Shown here piece after piece: positions 34,950-49,532 of a DNA stretch of 64,000 nt. Source of the stretch: Callorhinchus milii. Lineage: Eukaryota. The translations under genes and the position numbers were made by a program. A model generated the notes under the pieces. That model was given only the letters and a program-made list of their open reading frames with translations, was not told where the DNA came from and searched no databases. Position 1 is the first letter of the stretch. The number at the start of each line of letters is the position of its first letter. The stretch covers positions 15,378,001-15,442,000 of the forward strand of contig NW_024704743.1 in assembly GCF_018977255.1 (NCBI RefSeq), read 5' to 3'.

Positions 34950-37099
34950 TATTAATCTTTGTTGATGATTGACATCAACTTTTTGCAAGAAAATAAATAA
35001 AGAATGTAAATCTTGCAAACTCTAAAACTAAACCCTAGCAAAGATCAAGGAACGTTTCGACCGGGATATCATGAGACATCTTTTCTGTTTACCATCCTGG
35101 TAATGGTTTTGCTGTTAAAGGATGTTAGTCAATTGGCGGATCGCTTTCCGGGTGTAAAAATCCCTCTCCCTAAAAATAATAATAATAGTTTGGTCACTGA
35201 ATCCACGACTGTATGTTGAACACTGCTGTGCGCAATTGGCTGCCGCGTTTCGCCCACAAAATACACAGACAATTCACTTGTCAGTATATTCTGTGAAGCG
35301 CTTTGAGACGTCTCAATGAGATGATAAGATGCTATATCAAATGCAAGGATTATTATTATTAGAGTAACAAAACCAGTTGTTATATTAAAATTTATGTCTA
35401 CAATTAATTATTGAATGTGCAGCAAAATTGAATTGCGGAAGTTTGGAAAGTTTGCAACCTTTTCGCACTCTATTTTATAAATGAACAAAGTGCAATATTC
35501 ACTTATTCAAGTGTAACAAAAACTTGCCTATGTAATTGTTGCCTCAAAAAGTGTAACTGATGGCACTTTCTTAGAAGGCTACTCAAGTGGGATCATGTGT
35601 TATTAAAAAAAATGACTGCAGCTTAAAATAAAATACCAAATTGTTCCATTTGTAAAGAGACATTATCCCTTTTCTTTGCTTACAATACTGATGAAGGATA
35701 AAGTTAACTCCACAAAATGAATTGATTTTCATAATGCAGTGACCCACCTTGACTCAAATCGTGCCACTACGTCACAATGTTTGTCAGAGACAGGGATAAA
35801 AAGTTTTCAAAGGGATTTTTTTTGGTATAGATAGTGGTGCTTCGACTTTTTACAGGAATATGGTCTTATATATTTAAGCCACTGACCTTTGCTCTTTGTC
35901 CCAGCTTTCTGGTTGTATGATTGGCAGAAACCTTGGGGCAATGTGTGCAAGTCAGTGGCATTAGTATACAAATCATGTGTTATGGATATGGATCCCTGCA
36001 GTAAAATGTGAAATAAGTTTAAATGGATGCATGGGGAGCTTGTTTTCACAGACAGGTTTCTTTTACTGCTACTCACCTATATGTGGAAAAATGTAATTAT
36101 GGAGCACTGCAGCCTGAATACTGCCATGAAGAACTGCAAATCATCAGCCAGCAACTGGAAATCAGGTTTCAATTATCTATAGCACTGCTGCTATTCCAGT
36201 TAAAAGAAAATATGGGCACATACACACATCCCTATAGTTGCTTAATTTCAAAATGAGTTAAGTCGAAATGATAAACAATTTCATAGTACACAAGGCTTCA
36301 CAAAATGTGCATTTATTGTTGAATTCAATCTTAATGCAGCAGTAGTTTCCTGATGACCTTTATTATTATATTCTTTGTTCACTTCCCCCAAGTTGTACAT
36401 TATTTTATAATTATAATCCTTGCATTTGACGTAGCGCCTTATCACATCTTTGAGATGTCTCAAAGCGCTTCACAGAATATACTGTAAAATGTAGTGACTG
36501 TGTGTTTTGTGGGCAAAACGTGGCAGCCAATTGCGCACAGCAGTGTCCCACAATCAGTGATTATAGGCTTTGGGTAAAAGGAAATATTTCACACCCGATG
36601 TCCACTGTCCTCCGACTCTGCTGCCACTCAGGAGAGCAAACCTCCCACTCCGAGCGAGGGCCCTGGGGGGGCAATAATAATCCTTGCATTTGATATATTG
36701 CCTTATCACATCTTTGAGACGTCACAAAGAGCTTCACAGGATATACTGTACAGTGCAGTGAGTGTGTATGTTCTGCCCCTTCTTAAATTGTTCAGCAGCA
36801 TGAATCACTTAGATTTCTGCTTGGCAAACAATAATTAGCTTCACTTAATGCCAACAGTAACATGGAATGTCAGGTCTGTGAGAATGACTGTGGATGATGC
36901 CCACGGACAGAGTGGTGAAAACCAATTTGATACAAAAGGCTTTCAGGAACTTTTCATATTTTAAGGCATAAACAATTTAAAAAGACAGCTTTTTTTTTAA
37001 GGACAAGAAATGCGGCCTTGCTGAGTAACATGGAGCATGGAGTTTTCCATGTTACGGATCTTCTTCAGGATCAATCAACAACTATTAAATAGTTGACCT

Positions 37100-37828
37100 C
37101 TTGAAAGACCTCCATGGCCTTGCTCCTTCCTACCTCTGTGAATTGCTAAGGGCATATCAACCTGTCCGGTCCCTCCACTCAGCGGGCTCTGGCGTGCTCC
37201 ACAGGTCTGGCCGTCAGCCTCTCAACCCCATGCTTTGGAACTCCATCCCACAGTTCCGTTGCCTCGCTCTCTCCCTTGCCTCCTTCAAGGCCTGTCTCAA
37301 GACCCTCCTCTTCAACCGCACCTTCGGCCACCCTCCTCCCCTATCCTCTTTTCCTCCTTGCCGCATAATCCCAACCCCATGCTCGGGTCCAAATCCCTGA
37401 TTGTCCAGCACGTTAGGATGTCCTCCCGATGTGAAAGGCCCAATACAAATGTAATTTGTTGTTGTTATACAACCACAACAACTTGCATTTATATAGCGCC
37501 CCTCACTCAGAGGAGAGTCCCAGAGCACTTGACAGTGGCAAAGCATGATGTTGAGCCGAGGGGAGGGGTAAGAGACCGTAGGCACAGTTGAATAGGAAGG
37601 TCTTCAGGCGTGACCTGTAGATGGGGAAGGAAGGGCCAAAACGGAGAGATAGAGGAAACATGTTCCAGAGTTTTGGGGCGTAGTGGCTGAAAGTGTGGAT
37701 ACCAATGGTGGAACTGAGGGAATGAGGGACATGCAGAAGGCCGGAGCCAGTCGAGCGGAGGCAGCGGGTTGTGGGTTGGGGGGTAAGCAGGTCGGAGAGG
37801 TAGGGAGGTGCCAGGGCATGGAGGGATT
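37100..37828. mobile_element. Tail-to-tail pair of L2 3' ends (+ 37100-37468; - 37470-37828)
   Basis: Two different L2 tail types abut at their microsatellite tails. Confidence 0.8.
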
Positions 37829-38039
37829 TTAATACAGTTTTACTTCTATTCTCCTGCTAGGAAGTCTTCCTTCTGGCAAGTAGAATGTCTCAGAATTCAT
37901 GATGACAACTGTGGAAGGAAATTCTGGAGTAGTTACTGCCTTGCCATGCCAAAGCTGCCAGTCAACAGCAGATTGAAGAATACAGCTTTACTATATTTTA
38001 AACATTCATCTTTCATCTCAGGAAACTATGTCCTGATAC

Positions 38040-38656
38040 TTTTTTCCACCTCTGTCACATTGCCCGCCTCTGTCCGTATCTCACAACCAATGCCTTCGTC
38101 CACGCCTTTGTCACTTCCTAGCTGGACTATTCTAACACCCTGGTGTCCCCAGCTCCACCAAACACAAAATTCAATTAATTAAAAACTCTGCCACCTGGAT
38201 ACTCACCCGCCTGAAACGCCGTACTCCCATCACACCAGTCCGTGTCAAGCTCCACTGACTCCCAAATACCGAACAGATCGATTTCAAGATCCTCTCACTC
38301 GTTTTCAAATCCCTTCATTCCCTTGCACTTACCTATCTATCCATCACCTGTTGCCTCCGCTCAAGATGGCTCCGGCCTCATGTTTGTCCCTTGTCCACTC
38401 CACTCCACCATCTGTGTCTGTGCCTTCAGCCACTGTGCCCTGAAACTCTGGAACTCTCTCCCTCAAACTCTCCACCCTGCCCCCTTTTTCCCCCACTTTC
38501 AACTCCCACCTAAAGACCTTCCTTTTTGATCGTGCTTACGGTCACCTCTCTCCTGCCTCTCCCCCTGGCTCGGTGTCAGACTCTACTACTGTCAAGCACT
38601 CCGGGACGCCCCCCTTTGTGATGGGCGCTATATAAATGCAAGTTGTCATTGTTGTT
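38040..38656 (+). mobile_element. L2 3' fragment
   Basis: Homologous to 10200-10711 and ends GCGCTATATAAATGCAAGTTG. Confidence 0.85.
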
Positions 38657-39165
38657 CTGAACATCAGTCTGCTTTATATTCAGAAGTTACTCACTCTTTG
38701 TTAACATGTGGGATCTGAAACAAACTTCCATCTAGTGATGAGGATTGATGGCGGCATTCTTATTAAACCATTCTTTGAATGTTTGGGGGATTGCGGTTGC
38801 ATGAGGTATGAAAACATTGGGATCACTTAACAGATAAGTCAGACTTATAGGCTACAGAGAGTATCCTTTGTCCTCGCACACACTTCATAATTGGTGCAAA
38901 AAGAAATGGAATAGCAGAAACAACATTTGTTTGAAATTTCAATGACAAATTCCAGTGTTGATCAAATTAAAGTTCGCCTCAGTAATATTCACAATAATAT
39001 AACTTTCCTGTTAGACTTGATTTTAAGGGCTATTGTAATGGAAATGAGGCACCAAAAATATGGATCTGTTGGTTGGTTACCACTTTGAAATGTATCTGCA
39101 AGGTTGAAGTGGCCACCAGCATAACCTCTGTGTGTCACAGATTCCAATGCACATCATGATTCCAG

Positions 39166-39445
39166 CAGTGGTGGATTAACGTGTGGGCCTACAGGGCTTG
39201 TGCACAGGGGTCCCAGCTAAATAACCCTGTTTGTGAGCTGCAGGCATAGGCAGCAGTGTAGTGGAAGGGAGCAGGTGGTGTTTCTCCAGGAAATCGACAG
39301 TGAGCCTGTGACATGGGATCTAGCCCAGCCCGGCTACAGGCTCATCCCCTGCCCCTGCCCCAACTCCAGGATCCCCTCACACCGTGCGGTGGGGCTCTAA
39401 ATGTTCCTGGTGCCCAAGGTCCGAAGAATTGTGAATCCGGCTTTA
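39166..39445 (+). mobile_element. hAT-type MITE
   Basis: Perfect 8-bp target duplication GATTCCAG (39158-39165 and 39446-39453). Degenerate TIRs CAGTGGTGGATT.. and ..AATCCGGCTTTA. Confidence 0.8.
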
Positions 39446-40226
39446 GATTCCAGTGCCACAATGTACACAATGCTATTTTTTATACTTATCAAACAATGCA
39501 GGTTAATGTCTCTCGTTGACTGATCAGCCACATTTCTCCCACAAAATGTATAGTAAATTCATTTTACAGTATATTCTGTGAAGCACTTTGAGATGTTTCA
39601 AAGACGTGATAAGACACTTTATCAAATGCAAGGATTATTTATTATTATTATCATATTTTGGTAAATAGGTATAATATGTATAGGTCATATTCTGTTGATA
39701 CACACATATATTCTGTGATTCCACTTCTTCTCAAATTTAAAGCACTACCAAATGTCCACACACACAGTGGTTGGCCAGTGTAAGTTGGCCAACACAATTA
39801 AGGTGCTTTACAGAATGTCTGCCATAAGGAGAGGCATTGTGCCACAAAGTGAGTGAAACCATTGGCATCTATTTGTTCCTAGAAGCATGTTTCAATCTCC
39901 TCTGCAGCAGCTGCACAATACAACTATGATCCATGTGGGAGTGGGAGTAAGCATCAATTTACAAGGCCCACATGGATTGCTTGGCTCTAACTGAAGGGAA
40001 ATGCCAAAAGCTCTTTAACCCCAGCAGACAACTCCTGAATTAAATATATTTGGAATTTCAAGCTGAATGAAATGTCAGTTATTTCTCTCTGAATTGAAAA
40101 GCACCTAACACCTTTATGCTGCTAGCTTCTTTAAGAATACTTCTAATTAATCATGCATTGATTTGGTTTCTATGTCGAGAGCAGAATTCTGGAGATGGTT
40201 GAGAAGGAGCAAGGCAGCCTAGAGAT

Positions 40227-40600
40227 AATAATAATAATAATAATCTTTGCATTTACTATAGCAACATATCTTTGAGATGTCTCAAAGCGTATCCACACAA
40301 TAAACTGTAAAGTGAATTGACTGTATATTTTGTGGGTGAAATATGGCAGCCAATTGCACACAACAGTGTCCCACAAACATTTGTGGATTGAGTGACCAAA
40401 TTTTTACTTTTTTTTAAGAGATTATTACCCCAGGAAAAATGATCCGCCAATCACCGAACAACCAGGTTCCTACTTACTGCTGGGTAAACAGAGGTGTGTG
40501 GAGTAAGGAAACTTCCCTCAAGTTTTACCCTGCCCAGGAATCGAATCTGTCTTCTTGCTTGAGGGGTGAGTGCTCGAAACACTATGCTACAGGACTCCAC
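40227..40600 (-). mobile_element. tRNA-Ala SINE (long)
   Basis: Homologous to 22342-22707. Confidence 0.88.
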
Positions 40601-41538
40601 AATGTAGATCTGTTGTAGATTAGATAATGGGGTCTGATTTGCGATACTTTTAAACAGGATTCCTTAATAAGAAATTAAGGCACATAACTGCAGGCTCCTT
40701 CTGGTAGTATATCATGCCAATCCACAGGATCTTGCTCTTAAGTGATCTAATTTCAGACCAAAGTATTCACGGTCAATAGAAATTCAAATGGGATTCATTT
40801 TTAAGGAGTAGAATTTAGTGCAATTTCAACTAATATTTTAACCCCTGGAATACTGACGATAAGTTAATTTGTGCAGGAATATTTGGGTCTTGAGGTATGC
40901 CAGCAGGTTTACATGTTTGAGGCTCCCATATGCTGGTTTAGATCTTAAAATCGACCATCCTTACGGGGGAAGGTAAGTGGGGTCTCCTTGGAGCTGAACT
41001 GGCTCCAAGGTGTCATTCCCTCCAGGGAGTGACTGTGTATTCCATTCCAGACATAGGAACATTTCTATGTGTAGGAACTCTCAGTCTGGTGTGGATCCTC
41101 TTCAGCAAGGTGATGGGTTACCAATGGGTGACCAAAATTGCATTAGAGTTTAATTTGTATTGTATCGTTTGCTCCCACCCCAGCTTGGGTGCCCATTGCA
41201 GCACTGTCAAATGCTTTGACTCAACCTCCTGGTGTGAAAGGTGCTAGAAATGTAAATTGTATTTAAAACTCTACTGATTCAGAGATTAGAAATTTGCCAG
41301 ATGGGAATTTTGAATTGAAAGCAAGTCCTAACATATCAGTCTATATAAGCACGTGAAGAGACCTAACATGCTGATCCTAAAACACTGTGAAAGCCTAAAC
41401 CCAAGTGAAACTGATTCATTAGAATTGGTTTGTTCAGTTTAGAGTAATTTGAGCCCTAATTGGAAAAGGAAGGTTGTCTATATCAAATTAGTGGTTAACC
41501 AAACAAAATGAAACCTGTAAAACTACATGCTGGATTTT

Positions 41539-41907
41539 ATGGAATCCTGTAGCTCATTGATTATAGCACTTGCCTCTCAAGCGGTAGACGTGGGTTCGAT
41601 TCCTGGCAGGGTGAAATGTTGGGTAAGTTTCCTTACCCACACACCTCTGTTGACCTAGCAGTAAGTAAGAACCCAGTTGTTAGTCAACTGGTGGATTGCT
41701 TTTCCGAGATTAATAATTTCTTCAAAAAAAATTGGTCACTTCAATCCACGACTGTTTGTGGGTCACTGCTGTGCGCAATTGACTGCTATGTTTTACCCGC
41801 AAAATATACAGTGAATTCACTTTACAGTATGTTCTGCGAAGTGATATGAGACATCTTGTGATGTGAAAAGGCACGATATCAAATGCAAGAATTATTGTTA
41901 TTATTAT
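41539..41907 (+). mobile_element. tRNA-Ala SINE (long)
   Basis: A box, B box GGTTCGATTCC and the central segment. Confidence 0.88.
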
Positions 41908-43716
41908 ATGTAGATCACATTCATAGGTAAATGCCTGGAGCTGACAAGGTCATAAATTGAGGATTATCACCAGAAGAAAAAAGGGTGAGTTTTGTGCAAA
42001 TGTGTATGCAAGGACGGCTGTTATTACAAATGACCACTGAATTTGAGCTCATTGCAGCATTTAACAGCGAATTGGATAATTCATGAAGAAAAATAATAAA
42101 GGATTCAAGCAAAGAGCAGTGGAATGGGATTGGAGTCATTTGCCACAGTGGCACCAGCACAGACCTGATGGGGTGAATGACCTTGTTCAGTGCTATGAAT
42201 TTTCTATGATTTGTGAGGCCCTGCTATTCCTCTATTTCGTAGTTTCAATTAATTGTCAGCCTTGCTAAGTTGGTAGCAATCTCGCCTCTGAGTCTATATG
42301 GGTTATAGGTTCAATCTCCGTTTTAGGACTTGGAATTCATATTGTCTAGGATGACACTCCAATGCAGTGCTGGGGTTGCATTGTCGGAGCAAGCTGACTT
42401 CCTTCGGATGAGACATCAAACCGCGGTCCCAACTCTGTTCAGGTTGATGTTAAAAATCCCATGGAACTGCTGCTTTCACCTACAAATACACAGTCACTGT
42501 ACTTCACAGTACATTCTGTGAAGCCCTCTGAGATATCCTCCTGACATGAAAGACACTATACCAAATATAAGGATTATTATTGGTTACAATACGTGTCCAT
42601 CAATTTTTTCAGTTCAGTGAGGAACTCTTTTCAAATTAGCTGCTTTTGTTTCTGCAATTAGCATCCACTCATTCAAGAGAAATTAAGACATATTTCATAA
42701 GGAAGAGAGGCTCCAACTCTGAAGATTAACATTATTGCAAACAAGGTCAACGTTGAACCACCAGTTGCTTTTAGGAGCAGGCAGCGAAGGCCATTTGCTA
42801 CATGTTAACGGCCCCACAGATTTGACAGTACCTGGCCGTGTTTACTCACCCATGGTATTCAAAGGGTTAACAATAAATTGTACGGAAAATTTTTCTAAGG
42901 AATTTAAGGGATTAAGTGGGGGGAACATCTGGAAAATCAGTTTGAGAAAGGACAGCTAGCATGGATTCAGGAAGGGAGGTCACGGTTCACTAACTTGCTG
43001 GAATTTGTGCAGATATGAGTGACATGATGGACAATGAAATGCAACGGATGGTATATGCTTCTATTTTTAAAAAGCTTCTGACAAGGTTACTCATTGGTGA
43101 TTAATGGATCATGCAGATCATGCAGTAGGGGAGTGCAGTAGCTAATTTACTTTCAGACCCTGCTGTGCATTTCCAGCATTCTCTTTATTTTATTTTTCTT
43201 TCTTGTAATATTTCTCCAGTGTGACAAAAGTAGGAACAGAAGGTGGGCATTCAACCCATTAAGTCTGTTTCACCAATCGATGGCAAGTCTTTTTCAACCA
43301 CTTATCTTTATCTTTCCTCTCTCTCTTGCTTCCCAAATATCTTGCATATCTGTCTTACTTTTAAACATCCTCATGCACGATACACAGTTACTTCACTTTA
43401 TAGTAAATCCTGTGAAGCTCTCTGAGACATCCTCCTGACGTGAAAGGTGCTATATCAGATTCAGGATTATTATCCTTATTGATTGAGCATCTACAACCTT
43501 CTGAGCAGCGCATTTCACATTTTCACAACCCTCTGTGGTGAAGAAATGTTTTCTGATCTCACTTCTAACTGTACTTGAAGTACTTTATGTACTTAAGAAA
43601 AGTACTTTTAAGTACTTCTTGTATTCCATTGTAGTTGTCAACAGCTGCTTTCTGTGGAGCTGTTCGTGTTTGGATCCATTTGAATCACTTCTTAAAATGT
43701 CCTTCCTCTATCATAG

Positions 43717-44066
43717 TGGAGTCCTGTAGCTCAATGGAAAGAGCACTCGCCTCACATGCGAGAGACCTGGGTTTGATTCCTGGCAGGGCGAAATGTTGGG
43801 CAAGTTTCCTTACTCCACACACCTCTGTTTACCTAGCAGTAAGTAGGAACCCGGTTATTAGTCGATTGGCAGATCGCTTTTCCGGGGTAATAAATCCTTC
43901 AAAAAAAAATTGTCGCTGTTTATAGGACATTGCTGTGCACAATTGGCTGCTGCGTTTCACTTACAAAATATACAGTGAATTCAATTTACACTATATTCTG
44001 TGAAGGACTTTGAGAAGTCTTGAAGACGAGATAAGGTGCTATAACAAATGCAAGGATTATTATTAT
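43717..44066 (+). mobile_element. tRNA-Ala SINE (long)
   Basis: Head, central segment, Deu-like body and tail. Confidence 0.9.
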
Positions 44067-45026
44067 GATAGTGTATTTTCTACAGGCTATGACTTGCCAT
44101 GAGTTAGATGAGCTGTCTTTACCATTGACACACTATAGATGTCTTTCCTATTTCAATGATCAAGAAATGGGGAACAAATCTCAATAAATATCTCCCATTA
44201 TCTTCAAGGAGCACCTCTTTTCTTTCATAGCATTTGGGCGTAATGGTTGGCCGAATAGAGAATGCCCAGAGGCTTTCCTGTGTATGAGTCCAAGAGTGAT
44301 CTCTACAGGGAATCACAGGACTTTTTGCATTCAGATCATAGAAGTTATTAAATTAATGCCATGTAACGGTTTGAATAGACATGTGGACCTGGTTCAATTC
44401 CACAAAATTATATATAATTTCACATTAATTGTCATTTCCATGGTGGAAGCTGGCTTCTTGAGGACCGTTTAGAAGACGTGAAATGCGCTATAACAAATGC
44501 AGGAATTATTATTATTATTATGTGTGGGATTGATCTTTCTCCATCCATCTCTTCCCTGCAGCATATTGCAGGGCCCTGGGTTTGGTCCACACATAAGGGA
44601 AGGGGTATGGTATGAGCAGTGATTTATCTTAAGCTGTTTTTGCAGATGGAGGCTGTGACACAGATGCTCCAATCATCCAACTGAGCTCTTTCAAGGTCCC
44701 GTTCCCACCATCTTTTACTGTATGTGTATTTCCTGGGCATATGGAAATAAAGATTGCACAACCCCACAGGAGTCATCTGGTTGTTTTGTTGTGGAAAGAG
44801 TAGGAAGGTCCGTAGAGCTGTAAACTATTTGGAAACTTCATTTCCAGTGGACAGAATATGTAAGTGCCAGAACCCATTTCCTTTAATCAGTTGGTGGTCA
44901 ATCATAACATAAAGTATTCTTTGGGTTTGTGAAAGGCTTTTTAGGCCTTTGTCATGCTATCATATGAAGAATCTGCCAAGGGCTCCTATAATAATAATGA
45001 TAATAATAATCCTTGTATTTGATATG

Positions 45027-46525
45027 CAATACAAATACAAAATTATATTTGCTTAGCGCCTTTCACATCAGGAGGACGTCCCAAGGTGCTGAACAGTCAG
45101 GGATTAGGTTAGGACCCGGGGGGGGGGGGCTTGGGATCAGGAAGTGTGGAGGGCTATGGGGTAGGTGGGTGGCTGAAGGCACGGTCGAAGAGGAAGGTCT
45201 TGGAGTGTGCCTTGAAGGAGGCAAAGGAGGGAGTGAGGTGATGGGAATGTGGGATGGAGTTCCAGAGGGTGGGGGCAGAGAGGCTAAAGGCCCAACTGCC
45301 AATGGTGGGGTGGGCTAGGCGGGGGATATGGAGCAGGCTGAAGCCTACTGAATGGAGGGAGTAGACAGGTTGATAAAAGGTTAGCAGGTCGGAGAGGTAG
45401 GAGGGGCAAGGCCATGGAGGGCCTTAAAGATGAGAACAAGAATTTTTAACTCGATCCTCTGAAAGATGGGGAGACAGTGAAGCCGGGCAAGGGTGGTTCT
45501 GATGGGGTCATGGAGCATGGTATAGGAGAGGACACGAGCTGCAGAATTCTGGATGGTCTGCAGCTTGTGGAGGCAGAGAGATACAGTTGGGTGTCATCTG
45601 CGTACATGTGGAAGTTGACCCCATGTCTGCGGATGATGTCACCAAGAGGGAGCACGTACAGGTCGAAGAGGAGAGGAGTGAGGACGGTGCCCTGAGGAAC
45701 ACCACATGGAGGAAAAGGCATTTGTGGAGACAAAGTGGAGTGGTATGAGAGATATGATCTGAACCATTTCCAGAACCTTAAAAGTTAAAGTGAGAGGAGA
45801 AGCAGTGGAGAAGGATAGAGTGGTCCACAGTGTCAAAGGCAGCAGAGAGGTTGAGGAGGAACAGGAGGCAGAGGGAGCCCTGGTCACAGATGGACGGAAT
45901 GTCATTTGTCACCTTGACTATGGCTGTTTTCGTGCTGTAGGCAGTTTCCATGCTGGAGGGGTTTATAAAGGGAGTGGCAGGAGAGGAAAGAGTGAAGCTG
46001 GAAAGCAACAACTCTTTCAAAGACCTTGGAAAGGAAAGGGAGGTTGGAGATGGCGTGGTAGTTAGTGAACAGGGATGGGTCCAGAGAAGGTTTTTTTAGG
46101 ATAGTGATGATGATAGCTATTTTTAGGGGGATGGGAACGGTGCCTGTTGATAGAGAAAGGCTGACGAGGCTTGAGAGTAAAGGGGCGAGGAGGTGGAGCT
46201 GGGAGGTAAGGAGAGGGATAGAGATGGAGTTGAGGGAGCTGAAATGGTGATCTGAATAGCTTTATCGGTGATTGTGAGGTCCAAGACACTGAGGCCCCGG
46301 GTAATCACCAGGTCGAGTGGGTGGCCATGAATGTGGGTGGCAGAGTGGATGTGAAGGGAGAGTTAGTGAGAGGAAAGGAGAGAGAAGTCGGTGGAGATAG
46401 AACAAGAGGGAGTGACGTGAAGGTTGAAGTCGCCGATGATAAGGAGGCATTCAGAACAGAGGCAGAGGGAGGCTAGAAGGGCGGAGATGTCAGAGATGAA
46501 GGTGGAGGAGGGTTTGGGGGGAACG
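45027..46525 (-). mobile_element. Internally deleted L2 (APE remnant, RT pieces, tail)
   Basis: [24 protein letters not shown] and YADDTQLY, plus an L2 tail. Confidence 0.88.
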
Positions 46526-48730
46526 AGGACATAGTGCCTTATCATGTCATTGAGACATCTCAAAGCGTTTCACATAATGTAGTGTAAAGTGAATTGACTG
46601 TATATTTTGTGGGCAAAATAATTTCAGGTTTGCACCATATGGATGACACTTCTTGCAATTTCCCATCTTATAGGGATGTGTCAGAAGTCTTTCTAGCTTC
46701 ACAAGGTTTCTCTGACTAGTAAGCGTGATTTCTAATTTACTTGGATTTTTTGGAATATATTTCTAAATGTACTTTAAAAGCTGGCGAGGGAGGGCTTAGG
46801 AGGTGATGGGTGATGTGTCTAGAATTGTTGTTTATAGTATCTCTATTAAAAGATATAGGAAGGTGATATTGTCTTACAGAGTGTATATGTCTGTACCTAA
46901 CTTGTGCAATTGTGTAATGAGTGCCATTCACCTCAAAGCCGTTTGTGGGACGTTGCTATGTGCAAAATGCCTACAATCACAACACTTGGCAATAATTAGT
47001 GTAGTTCACAAGTTCTTTCTACTAATTTCACTATGGAAAAATTAAATAAAAGCATTTTGTTAAATTCTCCGAGGGGGCTGGATGATACAGTGCAATGCCA
47101 CACTGTTCTTCCCACTCTGAGACCTATATTTGAGTCCAACCCAGACTATTGGGATGAATGATTCTTTGTTAACTGAAAGGATCCTATGTGAGTTGAGCAG
47201 AGGCAGTCTCAACCCAGTTTCTAATAGACTTGAGAATACAGCACTGAACAACAAGTAATATGGTACTAATTTGTCAATTTTACTCAGAGGATTTAAGGGA
47301 AATAGAAATGCCTGATTTGTGTTGCACGGGACACTCTTCAGAGGTTATAATAATAATAATCCTTGCATTTGATATAGCACCTTGTGACGTCTTTGAGACG
47401 TTAGGCTGGGAAGGGGAAGAGTAGGGGGAACACGTTTCTGCAGCTGTTATATCTGACCTGGGAATTCTTCGTGTTGACTATTACAAGTCAGAAATTCTTG
47501 GCACTTTGAGATACAGTTCAGTTAATTTCTTATGTGATTAGTCAGGAATTCTTTGACTTAACATTTGAATTGAGTCTTTGTTCTATAGAGCTGATAGACT
47601 TAATGCTGTATTCAACAGTGATTTCATGTGATAGTTCATTTATGAGTAAACATGTAGTTCCTGAATCAACTCCAAATCACAGAAGGCAGACATGCTTTTT
47701 GTGATAATGTACTGGCCAAGAATCGCCCAGATAAAATTTTTAAAAAGAAATTATTAGCCCCGGAAAGATGATTCGCCAATCATCAACAACCAGGTTCTTA
47801 CTTACTGTTAGGTAAACAGAGGCGTGCGGAATAAGGAAACTCGCCTAACAATTCGCCCTGCCCGGGAATTGAATCCAAGTCCTTTCGCTTGCGAGGCAAG
47901 TACTCTAACCAATATGCTATATTGTCACCAGTTATATACAGGAAGGGAGCAGACAGTGGCAGAGAATGAATAAGTCCATCTTCAGCTTTTCATATGAAGA
48001 AAACATATTTGAGGTGAAGGACTTGGTATGTATGGGGTTAAAGCAGGTGTTTTCAAAGTGCCTGCAGCTCTTTTTTTGGAAGCTGTTGTGTGGACGGTAT
48101 AAGAATGTTTGGTAGCAGTCCTTGCCTGAGGGAGAGGGAGATTGGAGAAGGAGAAATAGAAAAGCTGAATTCACTGCCAGCAAAAAAAATCAGTGCTCAT
48201 CAGTGAACTGAGACTCTTAAGCTAATCAGGAACTGTGCTTATTAAAGGATTACTTAATACAGTATACTTACTTTCTAATAGTTTCAATATTGTATATATA
48301 GTGCCACCTGCATCTAGGGATTATTGTAGTTTGATTGTAAAGAAGGATAGTGTTTAGTTAAGGTTAGTACACGTCTGGTCTATGTGGAAATAGCCAAGAG
48401 TTTCAGGCTTTGGTAGGCGAGTGCAAGACTGCACCAGTTCAGTAAGCAAATTACTGCATGTGATAATTATTAACCCTTGGCTACACAGCTCGACAACGAC
48501 AAATATAAAAAAGGCTATAGCTTCTGTATTGTGAGAGACAAAGTCTGCTTCCAGGAACAACTGTTAGATCTTTAAGGGAGAAGAAGGTTCACATAAAAGA
48601 GATTAAAACGGTGGCATTGATATTGAGTGGTGACAGTGTTCCATTTGTTGGCAAAGAAATTCCTAAGGAGGCGACTTTACTTGAATTGTGAAAGCAGAAC
48701 AAGATGCATAGGTTTAAAATTAAAAGACTT

Positions 48731-48961
48731 AACAACAACAACAACAACAAGATTCCATTTATAAAGCGCCTTTCACGTCAGGAGGACGTCCCAAGGCGCT
48801 GCACAGTTGGGTCATGACCCGAGCAGGGGGGAAATGGTCAGGGTGAGGGGAGGGAAGGGAGGGAGCGAGGAGGGGGGAAATGGTCAGGGTGAGGGGAGGG
48901 AAGGGAGGGAGCGAGGAGGGGGAAGAGAGTCAAGAGGGGAGCTGAAGGCTCGGTCAAAGAG
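48731..48961 (-). mobile_element. Very young L2 3' end, near-identical to 10713-10943
   Basis: Same tail and same ~45-bp 3' UTR tandem duplication. Confidence 0.93.
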
Positions 48962-49532
48962 GTCAATATGTGGAAAAGATTCCCAAGTCAGCAATGAAGC
49001 TGCATTGGATTAATCTATTTTTTTAAAAAAAGTGGTCATTCTTTACATTTGATTCTGGTCAGTACATACTGTTATTTACTGTATTAAATGACTAGTTATT
49101 CAAACAAGGGGGAGGGAGAATGGTATCCACGCTCGTATAACGTACTGAAAGATTTATGCACTTGTGAGAAAGTTGTGTAAAATTCCCCCAGCACAGTGGA
49201 AGGTCCCTAAACTTCTAACCCTTCCACATTATTTTTGTGTGTGCTGGTGAAAAGGGATAGGGGTGGGAAGGTTTTATTTTTGTTCCATGTAGGGTACAGT
49301 TAGTGAAAGAACACTTTGTATACTCTGGCGCTGTGAACCAGCTTCTCTGCCAAAAGGCCCATAGCAGTCTTAGCACTGGATTCTATACCATTTAACAACA
49401 TTGTGTTCCATCTATTTGCAAAGAGGCCAGGCAATAATCTTTACACTGGATCAATGTATCAGCTAGGGTCCATCAAGATGCACTTGATAGTAACTAAATG
49501 TAGGCTTCACACAATACATTGTGAGCATGTGA

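Noticed and set aside
35048..35078. Second hammerhead-like string on the minus strand (CTCATGA...GAAACGTT)
   Set aside because: G5 is mutated, and there is no stem II or stem I pairing.
35688..35712. CTGATGAAGG hammerhead half-core
   Set aside because: No stem II or GAAA box follows.
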